IMG/VR virus record: IMGVR_UViG_3300037423_002049
Location: 1-41,196 of that record
Length of the DNA stretch: 41,196 nt
Direction: 5' to 3' (one strand)
From: a virus
Taxonomy: Duplodnaviria; Caudoviricetes
The notes beneath the pieces are model-generated. The model was not told the DNA's origin, ran no database searches, and saw only the letters and a list, made by a program, of their open reading frames with translations. Shown piece by piece: positions 1-7,582 of the stretch (position 1 is its first letter; the number at the start of each line of letters is the position of its first letter). Made by a program: the position numbers and the translations under genes.

Positions 1-127
1 GGCCGCGGCGGCGGGGCCCAGGGCGCGCTCACAGTCCGAGATCCTCGCGCAGGCGGCGCCAGTGGCGCGCCTCGATGCTGTCGAGCATCGCCTCGCGCGC
101 CGCGCAATCCTCAGGGCTGTCGAGGCG
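1..127. repeat. 127-bp terminal direct repeat (copy 1); circular-assembly overlap
   Basis: 1-127 is identical to 41070-41196; falls inside coding sequence; 127 is a common assembler k-mer length. Confidence 0.95.
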
Positions 128-211
128 ATCGCCGCGGGTCAGCTCGCGGAGCACCCACACCGCGCCGCCGATCACCGCCACGCCGCCAATGCTGAGCCAA
201 AACAGCATCAT
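29..211 (-). CDS. Small hypothetical membrane protein
   Basis: MMLFWLSIGGVAVIGGAVWVL hydrophobic N-terminus; ATG at 211 overlaps the upstream TGA (ATGA); GGAGGG SD at 213-218. Confidence 0.7.
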   Translation of the reverse strand: MMLFWLSIGGVAVIGGAVWVLRELTRGDRLDSPEDCAAREAMLDSIEARHWRRLREDLGL

Positions 212-474
212 TCCCTCCATTCGGCTTTGACGGAGCCGCGCAATTCCTGATCGAGCACGCCGTCGCGCTTGCTGTTGAGCATCACCTGGCCGAGCGCGTC
301 GGTTTGCAGCCTGACCACGGTGCCGGCGTCGACGTCATAGCGCCGCACCTTGCTGACCTCGAACCCGTTGAGCAGCACGCGGATGCGGTGGCCAATGCGC
401 GCCTCTGGAAACCGCTCCATGTCCCGGCGATAGTCATAACGCCGCGGCGGCGGCGCCGTTCGGGTCTCGCCCAT
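208..474 (-). CDS. Hypothetical protein (88 aa, MGETRTAPPP...)
   Basis: 3' part of track ORF 208..681; ATG 474 in TGATG overlap with upstream gene; GAGGAGG SD. Confidence 0.7.
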   Translation of the reverse strand: MGETRTAPPPRRYDYRRDMERFPEARIGHRIRVLLNGFEVSKVRRYDVDAGTVVRLQTDALGQVMLNSKRDGVLDQELRGSVKAEWRE

Positions 475-704
475 CAATCCCTCCTCATCATCGTGCCGCA
501 CGAATGCGCCGCCGCCGCCGCGCGCTCGCGGTCGGCCGCGCTCAGCGTGGCGCGATCGGTGCGGCATTTGCGGCACCAATCGCCGACGCCGCAATAAGCG
601 CGATGGTCGAGCTGCGCCTTGGCGCGCGCGTCCTTGGCGCTCCTCGAGCTCGCGCAAATGGGCTCGCCGCAGCCGTCGCATTTGAGGGTGTATTCAATCG
701 CCAC
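474..704 (-). CDS. Small Zn-ribbon-like protein (CDGC...CRKC)
   Basis: Two CxxC pairs; GTG at 704 chosen as start because it overlaps the end of 694..936. Confidence 0.6.
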   Translation of the reverse strand: MAIEYTLKCDGCGEPICASSRSAKDARAKAQLDHRAYCGVGDWCRKCRTDRATLSAADRERAAAAAHSCGTMMRRD

Positions 705-936
705 TGCGCTGCCATTCCTTGAGTTTGTCGGCATTTGCCAGTGCGAGCATCACGGCGCGCACCTCAGGCAAATCGTCGCCATTGCCTGCGCGCACCTTGG
801 CGATGCGCGATTTCAGGGTTTCGAGCCGCTTGGCGCTGCCGAAATCGGTTTCGCGCTGCGCTGCGGGCAGCCGCTCCATCAACGCCCATTCGGCGAATTT
901 GCGCGCCTGGCGCAGGTTGGTGTCGACCTCAGCCAT
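694..936 (-). CDS. Hypothetical protein
   Basis: 80-aa ORF overlapping the integrase stop by 8 nt. Confidence 0.65.
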   Translation of the reverse strand: MAEVDTNLRQARKFAEWALMERLPAAQRETDFGSAKRLETLKSRIAKVRAGNGDDLPEVRAVMLALANADKLKEWQRSGD

Positions 937-1981
937 CAGCCCCGCCTTGCATCGCGGCGATGCCCTGCGCCGCCCTGAGGCGCGCTGAGGCGTATTTCAT
1001 CGCCATTTTGAACGTGCGGTGCCCGAGCACCGCCTCGATCGCCGCCACGCTCGCCCCGCCATCGGCCATGCGCGCGGCGGCCGCATAGCGCAGGCCATGC
1101 ATCGAGCGGTTGTTGGGTACCTTGGGGTGCCGCTCGACCGCGCGCCTGACCACGCCCGACAGCGCATTGGCGCTCGGGAACGGCGTTCCCTTGTCGGTCA
1201 GGCAAATGGCGCCGGTGAGGCTCACCACTTTGGCGGTGCGCTTGAGATCCTCGAGATAGGCTTTCAGCGCCGGGTGGCATGGCATGTCGATGAGCGAGCG
1301 CGTCTTGCTGGTGCGCACCCGCAGGCTGTCGCCCTGCCACTGTTGCCAGGTCATGCCGACCACATCCTCGCGCCGCTGCCCGGTATAAAGGGCGATCATC
1401 ACCGGGGTCACCACATGCGGCGGAGCCGACTCGATCACCCACCCAATCTCGGCATCCGACCAGGGGACGATTTCCTTGTCGCCGCCCTTGCGCTTCAACC
1501 GCTTGAAGCCGTGCGCCGGGTTGAACCCCTCAGGCACCAGCTCATTCTCGTCGGCCCAGGAATAGAGCCGCGAGGCCATCTGCTTAACCTTGTGGGCCTT
1601 CCGCGGGGTCGCCGCATGGTCATCGCGCACCTGCTTAATCATGCCGCGCGTGGTGAGCTTGAACGGCTCGGGGCCGAGCGCCTCATCGAGCAAGGCGCAG
1701 GTCTTGGCATAATCGGCCTGCGTGCAGTCGGCGAGCGCGAGATATTCGGGGCTCAGCTGATATTTGCGGATGACCCATGACCAGCTGCCCTCGGCCTCAC
1801 GATCGCGCGGCGCCTGCAGCTGCGCGCGGAGCGCCAGCGCCTGACCATAGGCGAGGTGAAACTCGGGCTCGGAAGGCTGCCCAGGCAGGCCGATGCGTCC
1901 GGTCTCCTTGCTCCTGAAAAACCAGTAAGTGCGGCCCTTGGCTTCAAAGCTATTGGTGAACGGCAGTCGACTCTCGGCCAT
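929..1981 (-). CDS. int: Tyrosine integrase
   Basis: Catalytic set LYTGQRREDV (R), TSKT (K), HGLR, LGH, MKY; N-terminal arm-binding-like segment KGRTYWFFR; start MAESRL at 1981. Confidence 0.95.
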   Translation of the reverse strand: MAESRLPFTNSFEAKGRTYWFFRSKETGRIGLPGQPSEPEFHLAYGQALALRAQLQAPRDREAEGSWSWVIRKYQLSPEYLALADCTQADYAKTCALLDEALGPEPFKLTTRGMIKQVRDDHAATPRKAHKVKQMASRLYSWADENELVPEGFNPAHGFKRLKRKGGDKEIVPWSDAEIGWVIESAPPHVVTPVMIALYTGQRREDVVGMTWQQWQGDSLRVRTSKTRSLIDMPCHPALKAYLEDLKRTAKVVSLTGAICLTDKGTPFPSANALSGVVRRAVERHPKVPNNRSMHGLRYAAAARMADGGASVAAIEAVLGHRTFKMAMKYASARLRAAQGIAAMQGGADG

Positions 1982-1989
1982 ATCGGCGG

Positions 1990-2034
1990 CCAATAGCGCA
2001 GCCGTGCCCGCATCGGCAGTGGGTAAATTCCCTC
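1990..2034 (-). promoter_or_regulatory. Operator (2019-2034) plus putative near-leaderless int promoter (-10 TATTGG, 1995-1990)
   Basis: GTGGGTAAATTCCCTC matches the switch operators; 18 bp (2017-2034) identical to 7610-7627. Confidence 0.7.
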
Positions 2035-2037
2035 GCA

Positions 2038-2262
2038 TCAGCCGCGCGCTTTCTCCGCCAGCGCGGCATCGACCTGACAAGCGACATATTCGCAAATCAG
2101 CTTGGCCGCGCGCTCGGTCGAGGCGGGATTGGGCGCAACACCCATGCCGACCGGATAGCCAAGGTTGGCAATGCTGTCCTGCAGGCTCTGCGCGACCCAC
2201 GGCCATTGCGCGGCCGCGACATTAGCCGCCTCGCTGACAAAGTTGCCCTGCTCATCGGCCAC
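2038..2262 (-). CDS. Hypothetical protein
   Basis: GTG start with AAGGAG SD; overlaps xis end. Confidence 0.65.
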   Translation of the reverse strand: MADEQGNFVSEAANVAAAQWPWVAQSLQDSIANLGYPVGMGVAPNPASTERAAKLICEYVACQVDAALAEKARG

Positions 2263-2533
2263 TGTTCGCTCCTTTCGCTCGTTTCTCGCGCCAGCGGCGC
2301 TCGACCTCCTGCGCTTCCCTGACCTGGTCGGCTTCGCTCAGCGGCTGTTCGTTCAGCGCATCCGCCCACCGGTCGAGGTCGCGGCGGTCATAGAGCACGC
2401 GGCGACCGTGGCGCTTGGGCGCCGGGCCCTCCTCGCGCAGCTTGGTGGTGCCGATGCTGAGATAAGCGGCGGCGAGATCCTCGCTCATCAGCCGCGGCCA
2501 ATCGGGCAATTCGAGGCGGGCCAGCGCGTTCAT
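2252..2533 (-). CDS. xis: Excisionase / recombination directionality factor (AlpA/HTH_17-like)
   Basis: WPRLMSEDLAAAYLSIG...PAPKRHGRRVLYDRRDLDRWAD signature; upstream of int; ATGA coupling at 2533. Confidence 0.85.
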   Translation of the reverse strand: MNALARLELPDWPRLMSEDLAAAYLSIGTTKLREEGPAPKRHGRRVLYDRRDLDRWADALNEQPLSEADQVREAQEVERRWREKRAKGANSGR

Positions 2534-2820
2534 GTCCGGCCCCGCCGGTCGCCCCGAATCGCGCTCTCGGCCAGCGCCAGCGCGTGCTCGGCGAGCATTT
2601 CGAGGGTGGCGGTGGTGACCCGGCCATTGCACGCCGGATCGGTGGCGAGCAGCTCGGCGGCATTGGCCTTGAACCGCTCGCGCAGCCGCATGCGCCGCTC
2701 GGCCGCGATCAGCCGCGGCGGAGCGGGCTGCATCGGCTTGCCGCAAATCACGGCAGAGGGCCTGAGCTCGGCCGCGGCCATGCGGTGCAGGCGCGCGTCG
2801 ATTTCGGTGCGCTCGCTCAC
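2530..2820 (-). CDS. Hypothetical protein
   Basis: GTGA and ATGA overlaps with both neighbours. Confidence 0.65.
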   Translation of the reverse strand: MSERTEIDARLHRMAAAELRPSAVICGKPMQPAPPRLIAAERRMRLRERFKANAAELLATDPACNGRVTTATLEMLAEHALALAESAIRGDRRGRT

Positions 2821-2954
2821 GGCTGCAGCGCCGCCGCCAGGCCGAACGCCACGCCGCCAAGCAGGGTGGCGCCGAGGAACGCCACGCCGAACGCATAGAG
2901 ATATTGCTCGGCGGGCGTCGGGCGGTGCTCGGGCTCATAATCGGGCCAGGTCAT
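2817..2954 (-). CDS. 45-aa single-TM micro-protein (MTWPDYEPEH...LAAALQP), not in ORF track
   Basis: Manual translation; ATGA overlap with MazG stop and GTGA overlap with next start. Confidence 0.7.
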   Translation of the reverse strand: MTWPDYEPEHRPTPAEQYLYAFGVAFLGATLLGGVAFGLAAALQP

Positions 2955-3466
2955 GCCGCCTCCGCCGCTGCGAGGCATTCAGGGCTGTCGCACAATGTGT
3001 GCAGGTCGTCGGCCCAATCGCACAGCTCACCCGAGCGCTCGGGCAGGATGCACGCCGCATCGTCGGTGCAGCCGCACACCCGGCACCGTCCCGGTTCGAT
3101 CAGCCGCTCGGGAAAGCCGACCTTGACGCTGGTTTTGTTGAATTTGCGGGCGATCGCCTGGGCCAGGTCGATGCCTTTGCTCGCCGCCATCAGGTCGAGG
3201 TAAATGACCACATCGGCAATCTCGTCGCCGAGCTGCTCGTCGAGCTCGGCCACGGCGGTGTCGCCGTTGCCGGTGAGGCCATCGCGCACCCGGTTCAATT
3301 TCTTGACCACGTTGCACGCCTCGCCCATTTCGCCGGCGGCGGCCGTCGCCCAATCGGAAAGAGACCATTCGGCAAGGCCGCCGGGATGCCAGCGCAGCAC
3401 GCGGCTCATATTGGCGGCGCGCAAGGTCGCGAAATCGAGGTGTGACGGGGTCGGTTGGTCGGTCAT
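2951..3466 (-). CDS. MazG-like NTP pyrophosphohydrolase with C-terminal Cys-rich domain
   Basis: GEMGEACN and GDEIADVVIY (ExxE...ExxD); tail CRVCGCTDDAAC...CDW...LCDSPEC. Confidence 0.85.
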   Translation of the reverse strand: MTDQPTPSHLDFATLRAANMSRVLRWHPGGLAEWSLSDWATAAAGEMGEACNVVKKLNRVRDGLTGNGDTAVAELDEQLGDEIADVVIYLDLMAASKGIDLAQAIARKFNKTSVKVGFPERLIEPGRCRVCGCTDDAACILPERSGELCDWADDLHTLCDSPECLAAAEAA

Positions 3467-3888
3467 GCTGCCTGTTTCTCCCTGGCAAGTCGGCGCGCCT
3501 CGGCCTCGGCCCTCAGCTGCGCATTGAGGTCGCGGAAAAAAGCCGCGCGGCGGGTCAGCCGCCAGGCCATCGCGGCGACCGCGTCACGGCGCTGCTCAAG
3601 CGGCGCGATCAGCTCCGCCTTGGCATTGTCGGCCAGCGCCTGCTCGCGGCGCTTGAGCGCCGCTTTGGCGGCCGCCTCGAGGTCATCCCAAGTGATGTCC
3701 CACGTATGAAATTCGTCGGGGTGGTCGGCGGGCGCGCGGAAAAACTGCGCGATCGCCAGCCAACAGCGAAAATCATGCTCGGCCTTCTCGGGCGAGATTT
3801 CGCCGCGGCGCACCATGTCGGGATAGAAGCGCGCGCGCCCCTCGGCCTCCACATCGGCGAAATCGGCGAGGGTCAGCGGGCGGGTCAT
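3463..3888 (-). CDS. Hypothetical protein
   Basis: 141 aa; ATGA overlaps at both ends. Confidence 0.75.
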   Translation of the reverse strand: MTRPLTLADFADVEAEGRARFYPDMVRRGEISPEKAEHDFRCWLAIAQFFRAPADHPDEFHTWDITWDDLEAAAKAALKRREQALADNAKAELIAPLEQRRDAVAAMAWRLTRRAAFFRDLNAQLRAEAEARRLAREKQAA

Positions 3889-5051
3889 GCGGCTAGAACA
3901 GCCCCAGCTGTCCCGGCTGCCCGGCTGTCCTCAAGCAGAGCGTCGAGAGCTCGCCACGCATAAGCTGCAGCCAAAGGGACAACTCCGTTGCCGCAGGCTC
4001 TGAGTCGGTCCAACCGATGGGCCAGCCCATCAGCCACTCGACAAACAGCGGGTTCAAGACCCGGCGCGGCGGCGACGATGGCGGGCCAGCGGGAGTCGGT
4101 GGGGCCGGGGGCGAAAAGCAGTGCTCCACAAAATTCGGCAGCTGGTCCAAGTGCCGGCGGCCAGTTCCGTTGGTGGTCACATGCTCGCTCGAATTGGCAC
4201 CCTTGTGGTCTCTCGCCGCCGGCGTCGGCCATTGCGACACCTGATGCTCCAATCCGATTTGAACCTTCTTGCCGTTGTGCATCGCGGTTCGGCCGATCAT
4301 CTCCGCGTGCGCCGCCGAGCGGCCGCCGTTCGGCACATTCGGCGTCATCCACTGCCGCGTCACCGCCGTCAGCGTGTCGGCCACACCGCGCGAGTGGCGC
4401 ATGCCCGAGCTCTCCGCATCCTCGGCCCGCGCGGTCGGCCACATCCTGCCCCTCGCCGTCGCATCGGTCAGCGAGGTGCCATGATTGGCCTGAGACCCCG
4501 GCAGATTGCGATTCCCCCCGCTCCTCTCGTCGCTCGCCGTCGCGGTCGGCCATGACGAACAGTCGCTCGCGCTGGTGGCTGGCACCGACCTCGGCCGCGC
4601 TGAATATTCCTGCCGCAACGCGGCAGCCCATCGCTTCCAGTGCCGGGACCAAAGCGGCGAGCTGTCCGTCAGCATTTCCGGTGACATTTTCGCGGAACAG
4701 ACGAGGAGCCCCGCTTTCATCGAAAATTCTGATGACCTGCTCGATGAGGAACCGGTCATCGGCGGCGCCGAGGCGCTTTCCGGCGTTGCTGTTGGGCTGG
4801 CACGGATCGCCGCTAACGACGCAATCCACGAGGCCTCTAAGCTTTCGAGCGTCGAACGTGGCGATGTCAGACCACACAGCCGCCTCAGCCAGCTCGCCCG
4901 CCGCCATGCGCGCGACCAGTGTGCTGGCGGCATATGCTTCCCTTTCCACGTAAGCGATGCAGCGCGCTCCGGGTCGGGCGATGTGAACACCGAGGCCGAG
5001 CCCGCCGACTCCGGCGCAGAGCTCGATGGTGTTGAAGGGAGGTAGAGCCAT
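3885..5051 (-). CDS. DNA (cytosine-5) methyltransferase, catalytic (alpha-type) chain
   Basis: Motif I ELCAGVGG, IV GDPCQ, VI RENV, VIII HQRERLF, X RLRACGNGVVP; no motif IX in this frame. Confidence 0.92.
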   Translation of the reverse strand: MALPPFNTIELCAGVGGLGLGVHIARPGARCIAYVEREAYAASTLVARMAAGELAEAAVWSDIATFDARKLRGLVDCVVSGDPCQPNSNAGKRLGAADDRFLIEQVIRIFDESGAPRLFRENVTGNADGQLAALVPALEAMGCRVAAGIFSAAEVGASHQRERLFVMADRDGERREERGESQSAGVSGQSWHLADRCDGEGQDVADRAGRGCGELGHAPLARCGRHADGGDAAVDDAECAERRPLGGARGDDRPNRDAQRQEGSNRIGASGVAMADAGGERPQGCQFERACDHQRNWPPALGPAAEFCGALLFAPGPTDSRWPAIVAAAPGLEPAVCRVADGLAHRLDRLRACGNGVVPLAAAYAWRALDALLEDSRAAGTAGAVLAA

Positions 5052-5056
5052 GTCAT
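3893..5056 (-). CDS. Overlapping alternative-frame partner (beta-type chain) of the C5 methyltransferase
   Basis: 387-codon open frame; WPT/WMTP repeats; motif IX-like LNPLFVEWLMGWPIGWT; ends QLGLF; ATG 5056 overlaps upstream TGA. Confidence 0.8.
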   Translation of the reverse strand: MTWLYLPSTPSSSAPESAGSASVFTSPDPERAASLTWKGKHMPPAHWSRAWRRASWLRRLCGLTSPRSTLESLEASWIASLAAIRASPTATPESASAPPMTGSSSSRSSEFSMKAGLLVCSAKMSPEMLTDSSPLWSRHWKRWAAALRQEYSARPRSVPATSASDCSSWPTATASDERSGGNRNLPGSQANHGTSLTDATARGRMWPTARAEDAESSGMRHSRGVADTLTAVTRQWMTPNVPNGGRSAAHAEMIGRTAMHNGKKVQIGLEHQVSQWPTPAARDHKGANSSEHVTTNGTGRRHLDQLPNFVEHCFSPPAPPTPAGPPSSPPRRVLNPLFVEWLMGWPIGWTDSEPAATELSLWLQLMRGELSTLCLRTAGQPGQLGLF

Positions 5057-5151
5057 GCGCACGCCCGGTCGGCCTCGCCGACCACGCGGCCGAGGCAGAG
5101 GGCGCCGAGCAGGCCGAGTTCGGCCCACAGGATGAGCGCCAGGGCGATCAT
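5053..5151 (-). CDS. 32-aa hydrophobic micro-protein (MIALALILWAELGLLGALCLGR...)
   Basis: Manual translation; ATGA coupling on both sides. Confidence 0.6.
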   Translation of the reverse strand: MIALALILWAELGLLGALCLGRVVGEADRACA

Positions 5152-5255
5152 GGCGCGACCCACAGCTTGAGCGCATAGGCGCCGCTGACGAGCCACACCG
5201 CAGCGGCGACGATGCCCCAGGCGCGGCTCGCCTCGAGGCGCTGACGCCAGTTCAT
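5148..5255 (-). CDS. 35-aa single-TM micro-protein (MNWRQRLEASRAWGIVAAAVWLV...)
   Basis: Manual translation; ATGA coupling on both sides. Confidence 0.6.
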   Translation of the reverse strand: MNWRQRLEASRAWGIVAAAVWLVSGAYALKLWVAP

Positions 5256-5371
5256 TCGCCGCGCGCCCTGGCGAGCCGCTCGATGACCCGCTCGACCTTG
5301 CGCGTGACGCGCTCGACCTCCTCGCGGGTGCGGCGCACCTCGAGGGCAGCCTCGGCGAGCGAGGGGGTCAT
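5252..5371 (-). CDS. 39-aa coiled-coil micro-protein (MTPSLAEAALEVRRTREEVERV...)
   Basis: Manual translation; ATGA coupling on both sides. Confidence 0.6.
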   Translation of the reverse strand: MTPSLAEAALEVRRTREEVERVTRKVERVIERLARARGE

Positions 5372-5790
5372 GCCGCGATTTCTTGCGGAAGGTTGAAGCC
5401 GCGCGAGGGCTGCTGGCGCTGCTCGCGCTCGGTCAGGCGTCTGCGCTCGCAGGTCAGCAGGTTGCTGAGCAGGAGCCGCTGGTTGAGTGCGGTGGCCCGT
5501 TTGCCGGCGGCCGCCCGGTTCTTGACCTTGCCCTTGAGCTTGCGCTGCAGGTCGGTGAGCTCGCGCTCCTCGGCCTTGGTCAGCGGGGTGCCGTCGAGGA
5601 GGTCGGCGAGCGGCACGCGCTTGGCCGCGGTCGAGCCGCCGTCACGCAGCGGAAAGGAAATCAGGGCGACGTTCACCCCGACCTCGTGCAGCCGCACCAA
5701 TTCGGCGCGCTGGCGGTTCACCGGCAGCGTATCATCGACGTAAAGGGCGAAGCTGCCGGGGTGGGGGAAATCAGCGGCGGTTCTGAGCAT
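5368..5790 (-). CDS. Hypothetical protein, first gene of the leftward early operon
   Basis: 140 aa; directly downstream of PL-like promoter; GAAAGG SD. Confidence 0.75.
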   Translation of the reverse strand: MLRTAADFPHPGSFALYVDDTLPVNRQRAELVRLHEVGVNVALISFPLRDGGSTAAKRVPLADLLDGTPLTKAEERELTDLQRKLKGKVKNRAAAGKRATALNQRLLLSNLLTCERRRLTEREQRQQPSRGFNLPQEIAA

Positions 5791-5822
5791 GGCACGGCCT
5801 TTCGATTGAAAATTGCCGTGCC

Positions 5823-5875
5823 AATGTATGCGGGAAAAATCCCTCAGGTCAAGTCATCTGTGGGAAAAATCCCTC
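5823..5875 (-). promoter_or_regulatory. PL-like promoter (TTGACC-18-TACATT) with two operators (5830-5845, 5860-5875)
   Basis: GCGGGAAAAATCCCTC and GTGGGAAAAATCCCTC lie 30 bp apart and flank the -35 at 5852-5847. Confidence 0.8.
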
Positions 5876-5960
5876 GCGCCGTGCGGTTCACCTCCCGTTA
5901 ACGCAAATCAATGACCCTCACCGTTTCGCTCGGGGAGACCTTTGGAGGGGTTGGGATGCC

Positions 5961-6254
5961 ATGTTGGACCCGCATCACGTGTTGCATATCGTGCCGGCGG
6001 CACGGCCAGGAATGTTTTTCGCGCTGCGCCTGATCGGCGAAATGCGCATCGAATTGGAGCAGATGCAGAGCCTCATCGAGGCGGCAATGGCCGAGGCGGA
6101 GCAGGCGCGCAGCCTCGATTCGCCGGAGCGGCAGCGGGCCATGAACATCGGCCGCGTGCTGCACGATGTGATGTGCGCCAACGCCCGCTATCTGGGCGAA
6201 ATCGAATTGCACCTGACGCGGAACGCCGCCGCGGCGGCCGCTGGTGCGGGCTAG
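5961..6254 (+). CDS. Hypothetical protein convergent with the repressor
   Basis: 97 aa; GGAGG upstream; stop abuts the cI stop (TAGCTA junction). Confidence 0.6.
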   Translation: MLDPHHVLHIVPAARPGMFFALRLIGEMRIELEQMQSLIEAAMAEAEQARSLDSPERQRAMNIGRVLHDVMCANARYLGEIELHLTRNAAAAAAGAG

Positions 6255-7007
6255 CTAGAGCCGGCCCCGCACGCGGTGGATGGCGGCGACCCGCTCGGCG
6301 GGCACGCGAAAGGTCATCGGCGGATTGAATTGGGCGAGCTCGACATAGGCCGAGGTGCGCCTGACGAGGCGCTTGATGAGCACCATAGTCACGCGCTCGG
6401 CCGCCTCGCCTTCCTCGCTCGCGGCGCCTTTCAGCTGGACAATCACATCATCGCCGATGCCGACCGTCGCGCGAGGCGAAACGAACGCCTGCTCGCCGGG
6501 CTCGAACCTCGGCGCCATCGAATCGCCGACCACGGTGACCGCATAGGCCGCCTTGTCGTCGGCCAGGCTCGGCGGCCGCGCGAGATAATCGAGCACCTCG
6601 CCCAAATGCAGCTCGGTCAGCTCCACATGCTCGTCGAGATCGCCATAGGTGCCGCCGATCGCCGAGCCGAGCAGCGGCACCGGTTTGGCGTTCCTGCTCA
6701 TCGCCCATGCCTCCTCGGTGAGGCCGGTGCCGACCACCTCCGATTGCACCGGCTGTAGCGCGGCCTTGGCGCGGGCTTCCGCCTCACCCTCGTCGCCGCC
6801 GTTCAGCAGCCAATCGGAGGTGGTGCCGAGCACCCGCGCTATTTCCGCCAGGCGGTCGCCGCGGGGCAGCCCCTGGCGGCGGCGCATGTCGCGCAGCAGA
6901 TCCGGTTTGCCCACGGCGCGCATGGACAGCTCGCGGTCGGAAACTCCGATGGCCGCCTGCTTGCGCTCGATTCGCTCGAGCACATCGTGAAATTCCCGCC
7001 CCGGCAT
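6255..7007 (-). CDS. cI: CI-type repressor (HTH + S24 autopeptidase)
   Basis: HTH RLAEIARVLGTTSDWLLNG; S24 motifs VGDSMAP and IKRL; start chosen at MPGREF (7007), alternative 7025. Confidence 0.92.
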   Translation of the reverse strand: MPGREFHDVLERIERKQAAIGVSDRELSMRAVGKPDLLRDMRRRQGLPRGDRLAEIARVLGTTSDWLLNGGDEGEAEARAKAALQPVQSEVVGTGLTEEAWAMSRNAKPVPLLGSAIGGTYGDLDEHVELTELHLGEVLDYLARPPSLADDKAAYAVTVVGDSMAPRFEPGEQAFVSPRATVGIGDDVIVQLKGAASEEGEAAERVTMVLIKRLVRRTSAYVELAQFNPPMTFRVPAERVAAIHRVRGRL

Positions 7008-7010
7008 GGT

Positions 7011-7090
7011 GAGGGAATTATTCATCAAAATATTTTCGCTGTCGTGAGGGAACATGCCCTCTTGACCGTGAGGGATTTTCTCCGCACATT
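7011..7090. promoter_or_regulatory. OR-like switch: three operators (7011-7026, 7046-7061, 7070-7085), PR (TTGACC 7062-7067, CACATT 7085-7090) and PRM-like -10 AATAAT (7022-7017, minus strand)
   Basis: GAGGGAATTATTCATC, GAGGGAACATGCCCTC and GAGGGATTTTCTCCGC fit the GAGGG-N6-CCCTC pseudo-palindrome; located between divergent cI and cro. Confidence 0.8.
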
Positions 7091-7117
7091 GCGCGAGCAT
7101 CATTTTACGGACTCCGC

Positions 7118-7396
7118 ATGACCCTCATCGAAAAAATGCTGCGCGTGGCCGAGCTTTGGGCCGAGGCGCAGGGGCACAGCTCGACAAGCCGCCTCAGCAA
7201 CATCGTCGCCAATGACGGGCGCGTGCTGGCCAAGCTTGCCGAGGGCGGCGGAGCGACGATCAGCACCATCGACAAATTCGTGGTGTATCTGCGCGAGCCG
7301 GCCAACTGGCCCGAGGGAATGGTTCCATTCGAGGCCGCCGAATTGCTCGCCGCTATCGGCCATATCTCGACCTTGCCCCAGGCGGACGCCGCATGA
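7118..7396 (+). CDS. cro: Cro-like regulator
   Basis: Small HTH-like protein divergent from cI; SRLSNIVANDGRVLAKLAEGGGATISTIDK...NWP pattern. Confidence 0.75.
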   Translation: MTLIEKMLRVAELWAEAQGHSSTSRLSNIVANDGRVLAKLAEGGGATISTIDKFVVYLREPANWPEGMVPFEAAELLAAIGHISTLPQADAA

Positions 7397-7582
7397 TGGG
7401 CGAGCTGTTGCACCTGTTCTCATCGCGCGGATTTCCTGTTGCCGCGCGCGGCGCCGAGGCCGACCACGGCACGCAGGCCGACCTCGGCGCCCTCCCGCCA
7501 CGGCGCGATCCGCCGCCGCCGGCGAGCGATCAGTTCCCGCACGTAGTCATGTCGCCGCTGACAATTCCGTTTCATGGGCGAA

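Noticed and set aside
1-127. Terminal repeat as a biological DTR
   Set aside because: The length equals a common assembly k-mer and it lies mid-gene; the HNH plus P27-type terminase module points to cos ends elsewhere
2165-3445. 426-aa plus-strand ORF and other long antisense ORFs (e.g. 3988-4953, 18390-19928, 22306-23625, 33080-34321)
   Set aside because: Shadow frames of high-GC genes with no motifs, SD or coupling, unlike the same-strand MTase frame B
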